64,000 bases of DNA from Tetramitus jugosus (lineage: Eukaryota > Protista > Heterolobosea): contig OW569370.1 in the NCBI GenBank assembly GCA_937625935.1, positions 62,001-126,000 on the forward strand, given 5' to 3'. The position numbers and the translations under genes are program-made. The notes under the pieces are model-generated. The model worked only from the letters and a program-made list of their open reading frames with translations. It was not told where the DNA came from and ran no database searches. Positions 31,200 to 42,605 of the stretch are shown here, piece after piece; the stretch's first letter is position 1, and each line of letters starts with the position of its first letter.

Positions 31200-31637
31200 G
31201 TGTCTGCCCCTTGCCACTCATATCGTAAATAGGCTACAGAGCTCTTTCATGTTTACAGATCTGTTCAATCAAAGAGCTGGGTGAACGATGTTTGGTTATT
31301 CACTCGGAAAAAACAACCGACTTTTCTATCTGGGACTGACTTTTCAGGAATCGTAAATCTACCCGATCAAGTCGGTTTCTATTTTTGCGCGCGAGTGAAA
31401 TTAAAAAAATCCGCGTTTTGGAATAAATTTTCCTGAGTGGCTGAGCTCTGAGCACCTTGCTTGTGATATATTATGGTCTCTCACCCGATAAACAACCGAA
31501 AGCACACATTAATTTAAGCGATCCTTTGTCCGGAAAGCAAACAACTCAACCGAGAACGAAACATTAAACTGTTGATCGACACACAACACAGATCGCCAGA
31601 GCACTTTAGTTTTTTGATCCCAGACTCGCAGACAAAG

Positions 31638-33791
31638 ATGCTCGCAGAAAATAACACCAACAACAACAAATATCATCATTCTTCGGGTGATCACACAACT
31701 GTTGGCTATTATTGTGTCACAGATGACAGCAACAACCATGACCACAATCAAAACAATAATAATAATAATATGGATGATACAATGATTCACTGTGAAGAAA
31801 ATGATGACGCCGAACTTCCTCAACTACTACTACAACCATCGTCACAACAACAACAACAACAACGGCAACCAATAACAATGTCAACAACTACTACATTCAT
31901 CATGTTGATTAAACGATTGTTACTCATTGTGTTCTTCCCACTTGTTCTCCTCCAGTGGAGCTATCGTCTGTTTGCTCAAGCAATTCACTTTCTCTCCGTG
32001 TGCATTCAAGAGCACCAGGCAGAAAAGGAACTTCAAATCCAGTTACAGTACGAGTTGAAGCACTGTGTACAATCGTATAGTGAGTATCGTGAAAAAGCAT
32101 TGGAACTTGATCGGCTCACTGGCATGGACATTTGGAAGAGGTGCAATGATGATTTGATTTATGATTATGAACAAGTGGAGAATCGATTGTTTCATTTGAG
32201 AGCTTTCATGTATAGACATGCACCATCAGTAGCACCTAACAGCTCTTCTTCATATCAACAACAAGTATTGCAGCATCAAGCTGCTGCAACAATACCGTCT
32301 CCAATGTCTGCCATCAGAGACAAGAGTAGTGTGAGAGACATGTTGATGCAACTGAGAAGTCTATCTCATCGCAACATTTTTGGTATTTGTCATCCACAGT
32401 TGTTTTCGTGTCAAATTGGAACAAAGTCCTTGATTGAGGAATTTATTGATGAATATTGTAAAGTGTTAAAATTTATTGCGCAGACAGATTTTGGAGCAGA
32501 AGTGTTGAGCGAGTTGGACAAGTTTCAATTCCTCAAGGAGACAACGTTGGCCATTGGAAGAACAGCGTTGATGCTCTCTGGTGGAGCATCACTTGGCATG
32601 TATCACTTTGGAGTGCTCAAATCACTTTATGAACAAAATTTACTGCCCAAGATTATCAGTGGATCGAGTGCCGGTGCCATTGTTGCTGCCATGTTCTGCT
32701 GCAAAGCTGATTCTGACTTGCATCAACTCTTTGAACAAAAGTATTTCAAGTTGGAGGCGTTTGAGAACCTGGATCAACGCAAATCACCCATTCGTAAATT
32801 CTTGCGCTTCCTGAAGAGTGGTGTGTTCATGGACAGTTCGAGACTGGAGAATTGTCTGAGAGAGAACATTGGTGATCTGACGTTTGCTGAAGCGTATGAA
32901 ATATCGGGTAGAATACTGAATATTACAGTGAATAGTAGCAAGGGCTTCACGATGCCATCTCTGTTGAACTACATCTCTGCTCCCAACGTTCTCATATGGT
33001 CAGCTGCTGTCTGTTCTTGCGCTGTGCCTGGTGTGTTCAGTCCTGGACGGTTAATGGGAAAGGATGAGTTGGGTAACATTGTGCCGTATCATCCATCTGG
33101 TGTAAAGTTCTGTGATGGAACATTCTGGGCCGATCTACCTCAAACTCGTCTCAGCGAAATGTTCCATGTCAACTTTACCATCTGTTCTCAGGTGAATCCT
33201 CATGTCATACCATTTCTTTCAGACGATGACAGTCAGTCTGGTGTAGCGTATGCAGGAAAGATGTTTCTGCTGGGAGAGCTCAAGTATCGCGTACAGCAAC
33301 TGTATCAACACGGAATGGTTCCAAAGTGTTTCAATTGGTTTGAAGCCATCGTGTGTCAGAACTATACAGGTGATGTAACGATTCTGCCGGCTGGGCCAGT
33401 GACGTTAGAAGTGTTGAGCAAACTGTTGAAAAATCCGAGTTGGGAGTTTATCGACCAATGCATCCAGATTGGTCAGCGGAGGACATGGCCCAAAACATCC
33501 ATCATTCGAACAAAGTGCAAGATTGAGATGGCATTGGACGAGTGTATAGAAATTGTACAGCAAAAGATTTTGGCTCAAATGAAAGTAAACAACTTGGATT
33601 ACACGAACTTTAGACATGTGGAATACCTATTCAGGAGTTTACCAGTGTCGAACACGATCAAATCGATTCTGAATGAACGACACCAGGAACAGAAACAACA
33701 GTTGGAGCGAGAGCAAGAACACACGCGAATTATTGTAGAAAAGGTCATCATTGACCACGAGGAACATGAACGAACAATATATTCATCATAA
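31638..33791 (+). CDS. Patatin-domain triacylglycerol lipase (TGL3/4/SDP1-like)
   Basis: 'GRTALMLSGGASLGMYHFG', 'GSSAG', 'GDLTFAEAY...GRILNI', 'FCDG', 'SQVNPHVIPF'. Start codon uncertain. Confidence 0.92.
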   Translation: MLAENNTNNNKYHHSSGDHTTVGYYCVTDDSNNHDHNQNNNNNNMDDTMIHCEENDDAELPQLLLQPSSQQQQQQRQPITMSTTTTFIMLIKRLLLIVFFPLVLLQWSYRLFAQAIHFLSVCIQEHQAEKELQIQLQYELKHCVQSYSEYREKALELDRLTGMDIWKRCNDDLIYDYEQVENRLFHLRAFMYRHAPSVAPNSSSSYQQQVLQHQAAATIPSPMSAIRDKSSVRDMLMQLRSLSHRNIFGICHPQLFSCQIGTKSLIEEFIDEYCKVLKFIAQTDFGAEVLSELDKFQFLKETTLAIGRTALMLSGGASLGMYHFGVLKSLYEQNLLPKIISGSSAGAIVAAMFCCKADSDLHQLFEQKYFKLEAFENLDQRKSPIRKFLRFLKSGVFMDSSRLENCLRENIGDLTFAEAYEISGRILNITVNSSKGFTMPSLLNYISAPNVLIWSAAVCSCAVPGVFSPGRLMGKDELGNIVPYHPSGVKFCDGTFWADLPQTRLSEMFHVNFTICSQVNPHVIPFLSDDDSQSGVAYAGKMFLLGELKYRVQQLYQHGMVPKCFNWFEAIVCQNYTGDVTILPAGPVTLEVLSKLLKNPSWEFIDQCIQIGQRRTWPKTSIIRTKCKIEMALDECIEIVQQKILAQMKVNNLDYTNFRHVEYLFRSLPVSNTIKSILNERHQEQKQQLEREQEHTRIIVEKVIIDHEEHERTIYSS

Positions 33792-33834
33792 AATTATGTT
33801 TGTAATTGTCATCACTATCTCTATGAGGGCGAGC

Positions 33835-35241
33835 TTAGTTTTGTTCCTCACGCCAAATATCCACTAAAACATAGTCGTAACTGATGTAGCTCTTCTTAGC
33901 GTCATCATAGCCTTGAACAGCCTTTGTCTTGATTGCTGTCGAGTCAATTCTCTGCATTCCAACAGTGTAAGTTGGATTGCTCTCAAATGTAGTAGAGAAG
34001 GAATAGTTGCCATATCGAGAATCGACCAAAGATTGAGCCACAATTGTGAACTCTCTAGGATAGCGTCTCTTGTCGTCAACATCATCGTCTGGGGATGAAA
34101 AAATATCCTTTGACTCTTGTGGACTTCGTGGCTGCTCTCTTCCCCAGAGAGATGACTTCCAGGGCGCGAACTTTACATATTTTAATGTCGCACCGGATAC
34201 GTGGTCCATGGAAATAACGAGTTCGTCCTCACGTGTAAAGTACGAGTCTTGTACCATGGAAGTCTTCCAATAATTGTCCCTGTCGGGAGAGCTCCTATGC
34301 CCGGTCAAGTTAAACATGTGAACACCATTGTTTCCATACACTGTCAAGTGAGCAACTTCAATGCCCTTGTGCTGCTGCTGTTCGCTCATGGAACTCTCCA
34401 CATAGAGAGCAGTATTCTCATCGATACCGAATGCCAATGGAGATTTGACATGATCGGCCAATCGGATCAATCTTCCCTGTCTTCCTCTCTCTGAAAAGTG
34501 AGTGTCCACTAAACCGAGTGAAAACAGACCGAATCCACCCTGTGCATCATACGACAGATACGAGGAACGAATATCGGGTGAACCATCCTCGAACGCACCA
34601 TACACTACAGCCTCCCAACTCTCTCCACCAGTGATCATGGCCGGTTTTGGTGCCTGAATCGCTGTTCCTGCACTCGTTCCCGCAACAAGCACACTACCCT
34701 CATTAAACAATTGTCTCAATCGAGCCAAGAATGGAGAATCCACCTGCAGCGCACCATCTGGACCCTTCTTCTCACAGAAACATGTGACAAGTCTCGATTG
34801 ATCTCCACCAGAGAAGAACACCATATTCACCTGATTCAACAGTTCAATCACCTTTGGATTCTTGTTATTGTCAATGTGATCCAAATCAATTGGTACCCAA
34901 ACAGTCTTAATCTCATACTTTTCATCACTCTTTTGCTGAAACAAATCGGCATAGTATTGAGGGCTGTCTGGATCACCGGATGCCGCTGTTACTACAGCAA
35001 TTTGAATCAATTTCCTTGTAGAGTTACGACTACTACTACTACTGGATAATAACTGAGGAGTCTTTTGCCACATGGCATCAAAAATGTGGTTGTTGTTGTC
35101 ATCCAAATTTCCACCAATGAGAAACAATTTACTGCTGCTCAGCATTTTGTGATTGTTTTTGGCGGCATGGGCGGCATGGGAGACAATGAATAAGAGGAGC
35201 AAGAAGGCAGCAAGAACCAAGTGAAGGGAAGAAGTGGACAT
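33835..35241 (-). CDS. Secreted cyanophycinase (peptidase S51)
   Basis: Signal peptide, 'LFLIGG', 'FFSGGDQSRL', catalytic 'AGTSAG', 'VDTHFSERGRQGRL', 'FGIDENTAL', and an extended C-terminal domain. Confidence 0.88.
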   Translation of the reverse strand: MSTSSLHLVLAAFLLLLFIVSHAAHAAKNNHKMLSSSKLFLIGGNLDDNNNHIFDAMWQKTPQLLSSSSSSRNSTRKLIQIAVVTAASGDPDSPQYYADLFQQKSDEKYEIKTVWVPIDLDHIDNNKNPKVIELLNQVNMVFFSGGDQSRLVTCFCEKKGPDGALQVDSPFLARLRQLFNEGSVLVAGTSAGTAIQAPKPAMITGGESWEAVVYGAFEDGSPDIRSSYLSYDAQGGFGLFSLGLVDTHFSERGRQGRLIRLADHVKSPLAFGIDENTALYVESSMSEQQQHKGIEVAHLTVYGNNGVHMFNLTGHRSSPDRDNYWKTSMVQDSYFTREDELVISMDHVSGATLKYVKFAPWKSSLWGREQPRSPQESKDIFSSPDDDVDDKRRYPREFTIVAQSLVDSRYGNYSFSTTFESNPTYTVGMQRIDSTAIKTKAVQGYDDAKKSYISYDYVLVDIWREEQN

Positions 35242-35470
35242 TTGATGATGAATGAGAACAAAGCTTTGTTTGGTCTGGTGGTTGGTCTTCTTGTGTGTTT
35301 TGTGTCAACTGAATCGCGCAGAGAAAGTTTCGGATTGCAATTATTCCATTTTTGTGGAGAGAGGCGAACAGGAAAGTGTAATCCCGATTCTACGGTCCTC
35401 TTTTGCTGTCTCGAAACTAGTGACCAATCCAGTTCATGCTCTATCATCCCATGAAGCAAAATATTCTTTA

Positions 35471-37312
35471 TTATTCTTGACTTACAACTTGGAACCATTG
35501 ATCAAAAGTGAGACCATCAGGATCAAGTTTCTCTGTTTCTTTTGTCACTCCATACTCTGCCAACAGACGCGTGATGTTACCGAAAATTTTAGAATCTTCT
35601 GTGTGTATCCCATATCTATGGTAGGCCATGCGCAACGCACTCATATAAGTATTTTGATAAAACTGATTGTCACTGAAAAAGAATAGTGTTGGATCTGCAC
35701 CGCACTCGAGCAAACATCTCATCTTCTCGTAACTTCCATACGTAAAATGAAAATTGGAGATTAAACTCAAGAGTGGTGGGAAGTTTGAGGCAATCTTGTT
35801 TGGATCCGCTCCATTATTTGCAAGGAACTGGAACATTTTGATAGAGTAAGAATGTCTGGATCTATTATAGATCAGATTGTCGAATATCGACAAGTGAGAA
35901 ATACATCCGCCAGCGTCCAACAACAGCTGCATGCATTGGATAATCTCCAGTTCATTTGTGGCTCTATATGCTCCGAGTAGGGACAAAAATGGATCATCAA
36001 TAGCAGAATAATAATGCTTTTGTTCAACCACTGGTTTAATCCTTAATCCATGCGAGTACAAGTATCGGATCAACTCCAAAGGCGTCGATGATGTCTTGGA
36101 TATGGTAGCTGAATGAAAGGCATGCCCTGATATCGATGAAATATCAACTTGATACTTTTCAATAATTGACTGAACCCAAGACCATTCGTAATCAAAAATG
36201 GAAGGATAGCGTCCATCGTAGTACACTGAACGACTACCCAAAACTGCGTGAAGCATTTCTTTTCGATTGGGCTCGTACACTTCTTCAAGAATGAGTTCCA
36301 TCATATCCACACTAACAAACTCTTTGATGGCAGTCGAAAGAGGTATACCCCACATCAATGTTTCATCTATTCTCATATTTGAGTTGAAAAGGAGTCTCTT
36401 TTGAGTGGTCTTATTCTGAACAATAGCTTGGTTGTGCAGAGGAACAAACTCTCTCAAAATATCCAAATTTTTCGTTTTGATTACGAGGAGAAGTGGTGCC
36501 TTACCATTACCTTCTTCACTTGCATCACTGTGATATTGATTCACAAGTTGCTTCAGAATAAGAATAATTCTTTGCACCAAAGAGGCAGCATCTTCACTGG
36601 TATCAAGTTCTTCCTTTAGTCGTACTATTCCACTGAGGAAATAAAAGAGGAAGCTCTTGGTGTTGTTCTTGATGTTCCAGATACTGATTTCTTGACGCTG
36701 GATTCGCTTCAATTCTTCCTCATTCTCCTCAGATCCTTCACCCTTAAACGCACTCAAATCATTGTTCTTCACTGCTTTTTCAAACAAGTCAAACATCTGC
36801 GTCATCGATTGTGCCTCTCTCATTTGCTTCAAAATCTGAGTCATATTGGTTCTCAACCGCCGAAGCACACCACCATAGAACAATTGTTTCAAACTGTTGT
36901 AAACGGAAAAGACAGCGTACTGTCGACTAAAGTTTTCATCATTGTCATCAGTTTCATGAACTACTCGATTTTCATCATCATCATCGCTACTATTCACATC
37001 ATTGCCCTGATGAGTCCTCCTACTGCGCGATTCAAATCGTCTCAAAAGTTCTTCTTGATTCTCCAATTGCTTTCTCAATTGACGAACAAGATTTTTGCTG
37101 TTACTTTTATAATTTTCAGGCAGTCTCAAATACGCAATCTCAGCAATCAAGTAATAATTGAGTTGATTCATCCAGATGAACTTTGCATGGTCCGATGTCA
37201 TCTGACTGTGCAATGCAGAGCACGTGAGAAGTATAGAGCTCAAAGAACGCAAATCACTCAGAAAAGAAGTAATGTCATACAGACAATCGAATGGGAGATT
37301 GATGAGCGACAT
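35471..37312 (-). CDS. F-box + ankyrin-repeat protein
   Basis: F-box 'LINLPFDCLYDITSFLSDLRSLSSILLTCSAL'. ANK-like 'GKAPLLLVI', 'FLANNGADPN', 'LLECGADPT', 'RLLAEYG'. Confidence 0.8.
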   Translation of the reverse strand: MSLINLPFDCLYDITSFLSDLRSLSSILLTCSALHSQMTSDHAKFIWMNQLNYYLIAEIAYLRLPENYKSNSKNLVRQLRKQLENQEELLRRFESRSRRTHQGNDVNSSDDDDENRVVHETDDNDENFSRQYAVFSVYNSLKQLFYGGVLRRLRTNMTQILKQMREAQSMTQMFDLFEKAVKNNDLSAFKGEGSEENEEELKRIQRQEISIWNIKNNTKSFLFYFLSGIVRLKEELDTSEDAASLVQRIILILKQLVNQYHSDASEEGNGKAPLLLVIKTKNLDILREFVPLHNQAIVQNKTTQKRLLFNSNMRIDETLMWGIPLSTAIKEFVSVDMMELILEEVYEPNRKEMLHAVLGSRSVYYDGRYPSIFDYEWSWVQSIIEKYQVDISSISGHAFHSATISKTSSTPLELIRYLYSHGLRIKPVVEQKHYYSAIDDPFLSLLGAYRATNELEIIQCMQLLLDAGGCISHLSIFDNLIYNRSRHSYSIKMFQFLANNGADPNKIASNFPPLLSLISNFHFTYGSYEKMRCLLECGADPTLFFFSDNQFYQNTYMSALRMAYHRYGIHTEDSKIFGNITRLLAEYGVTKETEKLDPDGLTFDQWFQVVSQE

Positions 37313-37444
37313 TGGTTTTGTTTGTTTCAAGTTCTGTTTTGTGGTAAATTCTTAAAAAGATTGAGTCAAATTAAGAAAAAACATGCTAAAATTCCGAACT
37401 AGAACATCTTCCACGACAAAAAAAAACCCCATCAACCGTTCTCA

Positions 37445-38845
37445 ATGCGTGTGCTATTTTATTTGTTGTTGATTCTTGTTGTCGCTTGTATCACCACATT
37501 AGCTTCTTCTCAACAGGAACTAAGTGGCATTCAAGTTCATGTTGCGCTCACTGGCAAGCCCAATCAGTACTCCATCATGTGTATCACTGATTCGTTTGCT
37601 TGGGTGAGACAACAACAACAATTGGAATCACTCGTTTTCGAGTATAAGCTCAACAATGATTCATCATATATCCCAAGTGATGCTCCATGGCGGTCCTACA
37701 CCTACAAATCCAATGCTTATTATGGCGCCAATGTTCACGAATTGTTGTTTACAGTTCCAAATGACAAAAATAATGATCGTTCTCCTGTTGTTGTACATTA
37801 TCGTATCGGAATTTCATCAGACAGTGCCATTCGATACACAAAAACATTTTCCTTTGTTGCTCATGCGCAGACGAGAGCGACAAACAATCGTAAGAGAGTG
37901 ATTGACTATGCGAATAAGAAGAGAATGAGAGGTGCTGTAGCAAACAACAAGTTTGTTGTTGCGGGAGATGAGGAACAAGAAGAGGACAACTCTTTCACAT
38001 TTTTGACGTTTGGTGATATGGATACGACGTATCCTGCTCAAGAAACCATGGCTCATATTCGTGATTTGATCTCTCAAGGTTCCAAGCAACCAAAACAATC
38101 AGACTTTATTCATCTCATTATTCATCAGGGTGATATTCCATATGCATGGTCAGAGGAAAAGTGGGATCAATGGGGCAAATTAATTGAGCCAATTGCTAGC
38201 TCCCTACCTTACATGACAGTTCCTGGCAATCATGAATCGAATTATGATTTCACCTCGTACAGAAACCGTTTCTCTAACATGACTTCAATGAACAGTCGCT
38301 CACCTCAAGGTAACATTTACTACTCATTCGACTATAGAACAGTCCATTTTATTGGATTGTCTTCTGAGCATGACTTTTCTGTTGGATCTCAGCAATATCA
38401 GTGGTTATTGAATGATTTGCAGAGTGTAGACCGAAGAAAGACACCATTTGTGATCACGTTCTCTCACAGACCTCAATATTCATCCAACATGAATCATGGA
38501 AGTGCATTGGATTTCAGACAAGCAATCGAACCTGTTTTGGTCAAGTACAAGGTTGATCTGTCACTGTTTGGTCATGTGCATGCCTACGAGAGAAGTTGCC
38601 CTATTGTTGGTGCTGGCAAGTGTGGAGACAACGGTGTGACAAACCTTTGTGTTGGAACTGCTGGTTTCGAACTGAACAGAGACTGGGAGGAGAAGCCAGA
38701 ATGGTCCATGTATCGTGAGACAAGCCATGGTGTGGCCAAAATCAAGGTCAACGGTTCAAAGTCTCTCCAGATTTACTATCTGCCAAATGGCGAGGACAGA
38801 ATCGGAGACGAACACGAAATCTTTGTTCGACCAGAGTTTCAATAA
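37445..38845 (+). CDS. Purple acid phosphatase (secreted metallophosphoesterase)
   Basis: Signal peptide and motifs 'FGDMD', 'GDIPY', 'GNHE', 'SHRPQY', 'GHVHAYER'. Confidence 0.93.
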   Translation: MRVLFYLLLILVVACITTLASSQQELSGIQVHVALTGKPNQYSIMCITDSFAWVRQQQQLESLVFEYKLNNDSSYIPSDAPWRSYTYKSNAYYGANVHELLFTVPNDKNNDRSPVVVHYRIGISSDSAIRYTKTFSFVAHAQTRATNNRKRVIDYANKKRMRGAVANNKFVVAGDEEQEEDNSFTFLTFGDMDTTYPAQETMAHIRDLISQGSKQPKQSDFIHLIIHQGDIPYAWSEEKWDQWGKLIEPIASSLPYMTVPGNHESNYDFTSYRNRFSNMTSMNSRSPQGNIYYSFDYRTVHFIGLSSEHDFSVGSQQYQWLLNDLQSVDRRKTPFVITFSHRPQYSSNMNHGSALDFRQAIEPVLVKYKVDLSLFGHVHAYERSCPIVGAGKCGDNGVTNLCVGTAGFELNRDWEEKPEWSMYRETSHGVAKIKVNGSKSLQIYYLPNGEDRIGDEHEIFVRPEFQ

Positions 38846-38952
38846 TAGTCCGATATAAATTCTTGCAAATTCTCGAACTTTTTTGACCACCAAGATAACA
38901 AAGCAATTTTCATTTTGAAAGCAACGAACAACGATCACTCACAATCGCCCCA

Positions 38953-40173
38953 ATGAACAAACAAATATCATCTCGCTTTGTTCGAGAGTACCTAACTGAA
39001 GAAACTGATAATCAACCCCTGTACAACAAACTCGAAAATCACAAACAATTCTCACTGGTTAGCGACTTGTTCAAATATTCAGAGACACAACTCATGAGTA
39101 TGCTCGATCTCAGTATTTATCAAGTGAGGCATCTCATGCAAATCATGATCCAAAAATTTGTGTCATTTGATGTTCGAACGGCACATGACATGTTGACTGA
39201 AAAGAGAGGCAACACAGCAGCAGCAATATCAAATGATTTCAATCATTCGATTGTAAAGACTGGTATATCGACATTGGATCAAATTTTGCATGGTGGCTTA
39301 CCAAATGGAATGATCACAGAAGTGTCCGGACCTTCGGAATCAGGAAAAACAGTCTTCTGTATGCAATTGGCCGTTCGACGATTGTTAATGAAAATGAAAA
39401 TGATGAGAGAACAGCAACAGAAACAAAAGAAGAAGAATAATCAACAGACAAACGAAGATGGTGGTGATGCAATGGTTGATGATGATGATGAAGCAGAGGA
39501 TTTCGATGAGGCGTCAGTCATGTCTGAAACGAGTCAAGTGCTGTACATTGATTCGGAGCGCAAGTTTGACACCCGATTCCTGTTGAAGATTACGCAGTCC
39601 ATGTGCTCCGAGGTGGAATTTGCTGCTGACAATGAAGATCAACATGTCAACAAACAACAACAGGAAATGATGGTCGAGCATGTGATGAAGAATATTAAAC
39701 ATGTGGAAATGAATAGTCAACAACTGACCAGCTGTGTTCAATACTTGAACGATACAAAGCTGGAAGAAGATATCATTGAAAATGATATCCGACTGATCAT
39801 TATTGATAGTGTGTATTTTATGGCAAAGTCGAGCTCAGGTGAGCAAAGAGAAAGAAACTTGGCCAATTTGGCAGCTCGCCTCAAACAATTGGCAAATCAG
39901 TTCCAGATATGTATCGTTGTGACCAACAATATGAACATTATCAAGGATAGACTTGGTCAGGTGGTGGCCAGGAATGCAGAAATGGGATACATGTGGTCAC
40001 ATGCGATGAATGTGCGCCTCGTTCTAGACAACCAAAACATCGTCATTGATAAATCTCCCATGTGTGCTGAGCACTCGATACCGTATCATATGAAAAATGG
40101 GACGATTGAGTCGGCGGAGGTGGCTGCTTTTAACGAACAACAAGACTTGTATGCTCCGCCCAGTAAGAAATAA
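38953..40173 (+). CDS. RAD51 paralog (RAD51B/D-like recombinase)
   Basis: 'TGISTLDQILHGGLPNGMITEVSGPSESGKT' (Walker A), 'YIDSERKF', 'LIIIDSV' (Walker B), 'VVTN', 'GYMWSHAMNVRL'. Confidence 0.9.
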   Translation: MNKQISSRFVREYLTEETDNQPLYNKLENHKQFSLVSDLFKYSETQLMSMLDLSIYQVRHLMQIMIQKFVSFDVRTAHDMLTEKRGNTAAAISNDFNHSIVKTGISTLDQILHGGLPNGMITEVSGPSESGKTVFCMQLAVRRLLMKMKMMREQQQKQKKKNNQQTNEDGGDAMVDDDDEAEDFDEASVMSETSQVLYIDSERKFDTRFLLKITQSMCSEVEFAADNEDQHVNKQQQEMMVEHVMKNIKHVEMNSQQLTSCVQYLNDTKLEEDIIENDIRLIIIDSVYFMAKSSSGEQRERNLANLAARLKQLANQFQICIVVTNNMNIIKDRLGQVVARNAEMGYMWSHAMNVRLVLDNQNIVIDKSPMCAEHSIPYHMKNGTIESAEVAAFNEQQDLYAPPSKK

Positions 40174-40509
40174 ATATTCAAGGGACCAAAATGGTGAGAT
40201 TCGGCTTATCGGATAGCGCAATCATACGATTTCGCTTCGCCTTGTTTTGGTCTTCCTGCGACAATTTTGGTGTGAAGTGTCATTGTTGTGATGTTATGAG
40301 GGGTTGCGGTTCAAACATTTCCTTGGTTGAAAGAGACGTTGTTGTTTGGAGAATGGAACATACAGATTTTGCGGAATTCGAGCAGTCAAAAGTCACAAAC
40401 CTGGATGTCACACAAAATTATGATGTTTTCCACCAAACACAAACATCACAAAAAGTACTTCATCCACACAAACAAACGAAAACCAACATAACACGCAAGT
40501 TGTGCCTTC

Positions 40510-42394
40510 ATGATGATGATGTGGCGCCAATCATCCCCAACCTCTACTTCCTCCTGTAAAAACAATGACCAATCTCACCACAACAACAACTGCAATTCTA
40601 CTACTATTTCACCAACAATAACGACGAAAAAAAAGAATACAACAATAACAACACCAACAAATCTATTTCTATTGATCATTTTAGTACTTGCAATCTTACT
40701 CTTGTTATCATCATCGTCGTCATCACTCTTCAACCGTCAATATCATAATAATGATGAATTCAATAATCTATCATCATCACCATTCACAACAACAACAACA
40801 TCGATAACAAGCACAACCGACACGAATAGCACAAGTAGCGATAGCGACAGTAGTTCTAGTCGCCTTCGAAATTTTGTCAGTAAGTACCTCTTCAGAAGAA
40901 GAAACAATACAAAAAAATTTTTTTTTTGCACAACTACAACAATAAGCTTTTTACTAACGGCACCAACAAACAGATTTCAGTCGTTTCCGTATCAAGCTAC
41001 CCAGATTCACTGCAAAGCTAAAGAAAATCAGTGAACCCTATTTTGATCCCATGAGTCGAGATTATTGGTTCTCTATCGCATGGATCTGTCTACTCGGTAT
41101 CATTCTCACTGTTGGTGCCTTCTTGTTCACCATGACTTTCCAACCGTTGCGTCAATGTGGACTCTTTGGTGGATTTGAACCCATGGACGGCTGTTTTCGA
41201 TGTCGCGACTTGAATACGAGTCAACGACGAAAGCCATATCAACGACTCGACATTTTATCACTCAAGACTGTGCTACTGGTGTTGACATTGATTGCCATTG
41301 GTTCATGCATCACTGGTGCCATTGGAAATCAATTGTTTCATCGTCATTTTCGAACGGCGAGCAGTGCGTTGCGATCCACGGGCAATCAACTCGTGAATCG
41401 CACAGAAACAGTCTATGTCACGTTGGCCAACTATGGATTGACAAATGAGGAAACATCGGTACAGATTGAAGAACAGATTCAAGCGTTGAACACGTCGAAA
41501 ACACAGGTGAATTCTCTGGTGACGGATATGCGACGATTCAATGTTCTTCGATTCATCATGCTGTACATTATCATGGTGCTTGTCGTGTTGGCTCATTTGC
41601 TCGTCATGGGAGCCGCGCTGTTTCACACAAAGACACTGACGGATTATGCGAGTAAGGCGTCCATGTATGTGCTCGTTGCAGTGTGGTTCTTGTTTACGGC
41701 TCATTTCGCAGTCACGTTGGTGTTGGGTGATGCGTGCACAGATATGGACAGTTATGTCAATTATAAGCAACAACAAGAGTTACTATCACTCAATAGCAGC
41801 AGCAGCAGTGGTAGTGGTAGTAGTAGTAGTTTAAAGTTCAATGGTATGTATTCGAATGATACGATTCTGTTGGCGTCGAGAAACTTGTTGAACATGGTGG
41901 TGGGTTGTGCGCAGCCCAATGGCACACTGATTGCGTCGATTGATATAACCGATGAACAAATGAATGAAGTTGTGGACCAGTTGAACATTTATCTGCATGA
42001 GCAAGATCCGGCGAATGGTAATTATACGTACACGTTGTACACTATGGACGAAGCAAAGAATTTGACGTGGGTGCAGGCTGACACGATGCACTACAACAAC
42101 GTGGTCAATATTACTAATGTGATACACAATCTAGATGATGCACGCATGGAGATACGAGCGGCCAATCAGTGTGAATTCTTGGATGATGGTTATCGGGCGA
42201 TACGGAGCGATGCCTGTGTTGGTTTGCTGTCGTCGTCCAACATTTTGTGGATCTCCTTCTTGGTCATGTCAGTTGCCATGACAATGACGGCTGTGTTGAC
42301 CAACTTTGCATACAAGAGATTCCGTAAGAGAGCGTATGTTGTATTGAAGTCCAAGCACAAGACAACAATGGGAATTATACATGTTCAGATCTGA
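40510..42394 (+). CDS. Tweety-like multi-pass membrane protein, exons ~40510-40879 and 40974-42394
   Basis: Intron GTAAGT..CTAAC..CAG joins the frames. 'PYFDPMSRDYWFS' precedes TM1; five TM segments with large helical luminal loops and conserved-looking Cys ('GDACTD', 'NQCEF', 'DACVG'). Confidence 0.6.
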
Positions 42395-42412
42395 GAACGA
42401 CACGCACAGAAC

Positions 42413-42441
42413 TGTTGCAACAAGATATAAGAGTCTCTGAG
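42413..42441 (+). repeat. 29-bp direct repeat, copy 1 (upstream of RGS gene)
   Basis: TGTTGCAACAAGATATAAGAGTCTCTGAG, identical to 45969-45997. Confidence 0.9.
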
Positions 42442-42605
42442 CAACTTCCACACATAAATTTTTTTGTTAGTTTGATTCTGTTCAGATACTTTTCCTTTGT
42501 GACTCTTTTGGCAAGAAGCACCTCTAGGCCAAGCGGAAAAACGCGAGGATATTTTATTCCCTCGTGTCATCTGTCCACAAGAACAAAGGAAAAAAGATAG
42601 AGCGA

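Noticed and set aside
36692-37402. 236-aa + strand ORF
   Set aside because: Antisense to the F-box/ankyrin gene, with a non-ATG start and no recognisable motifs.
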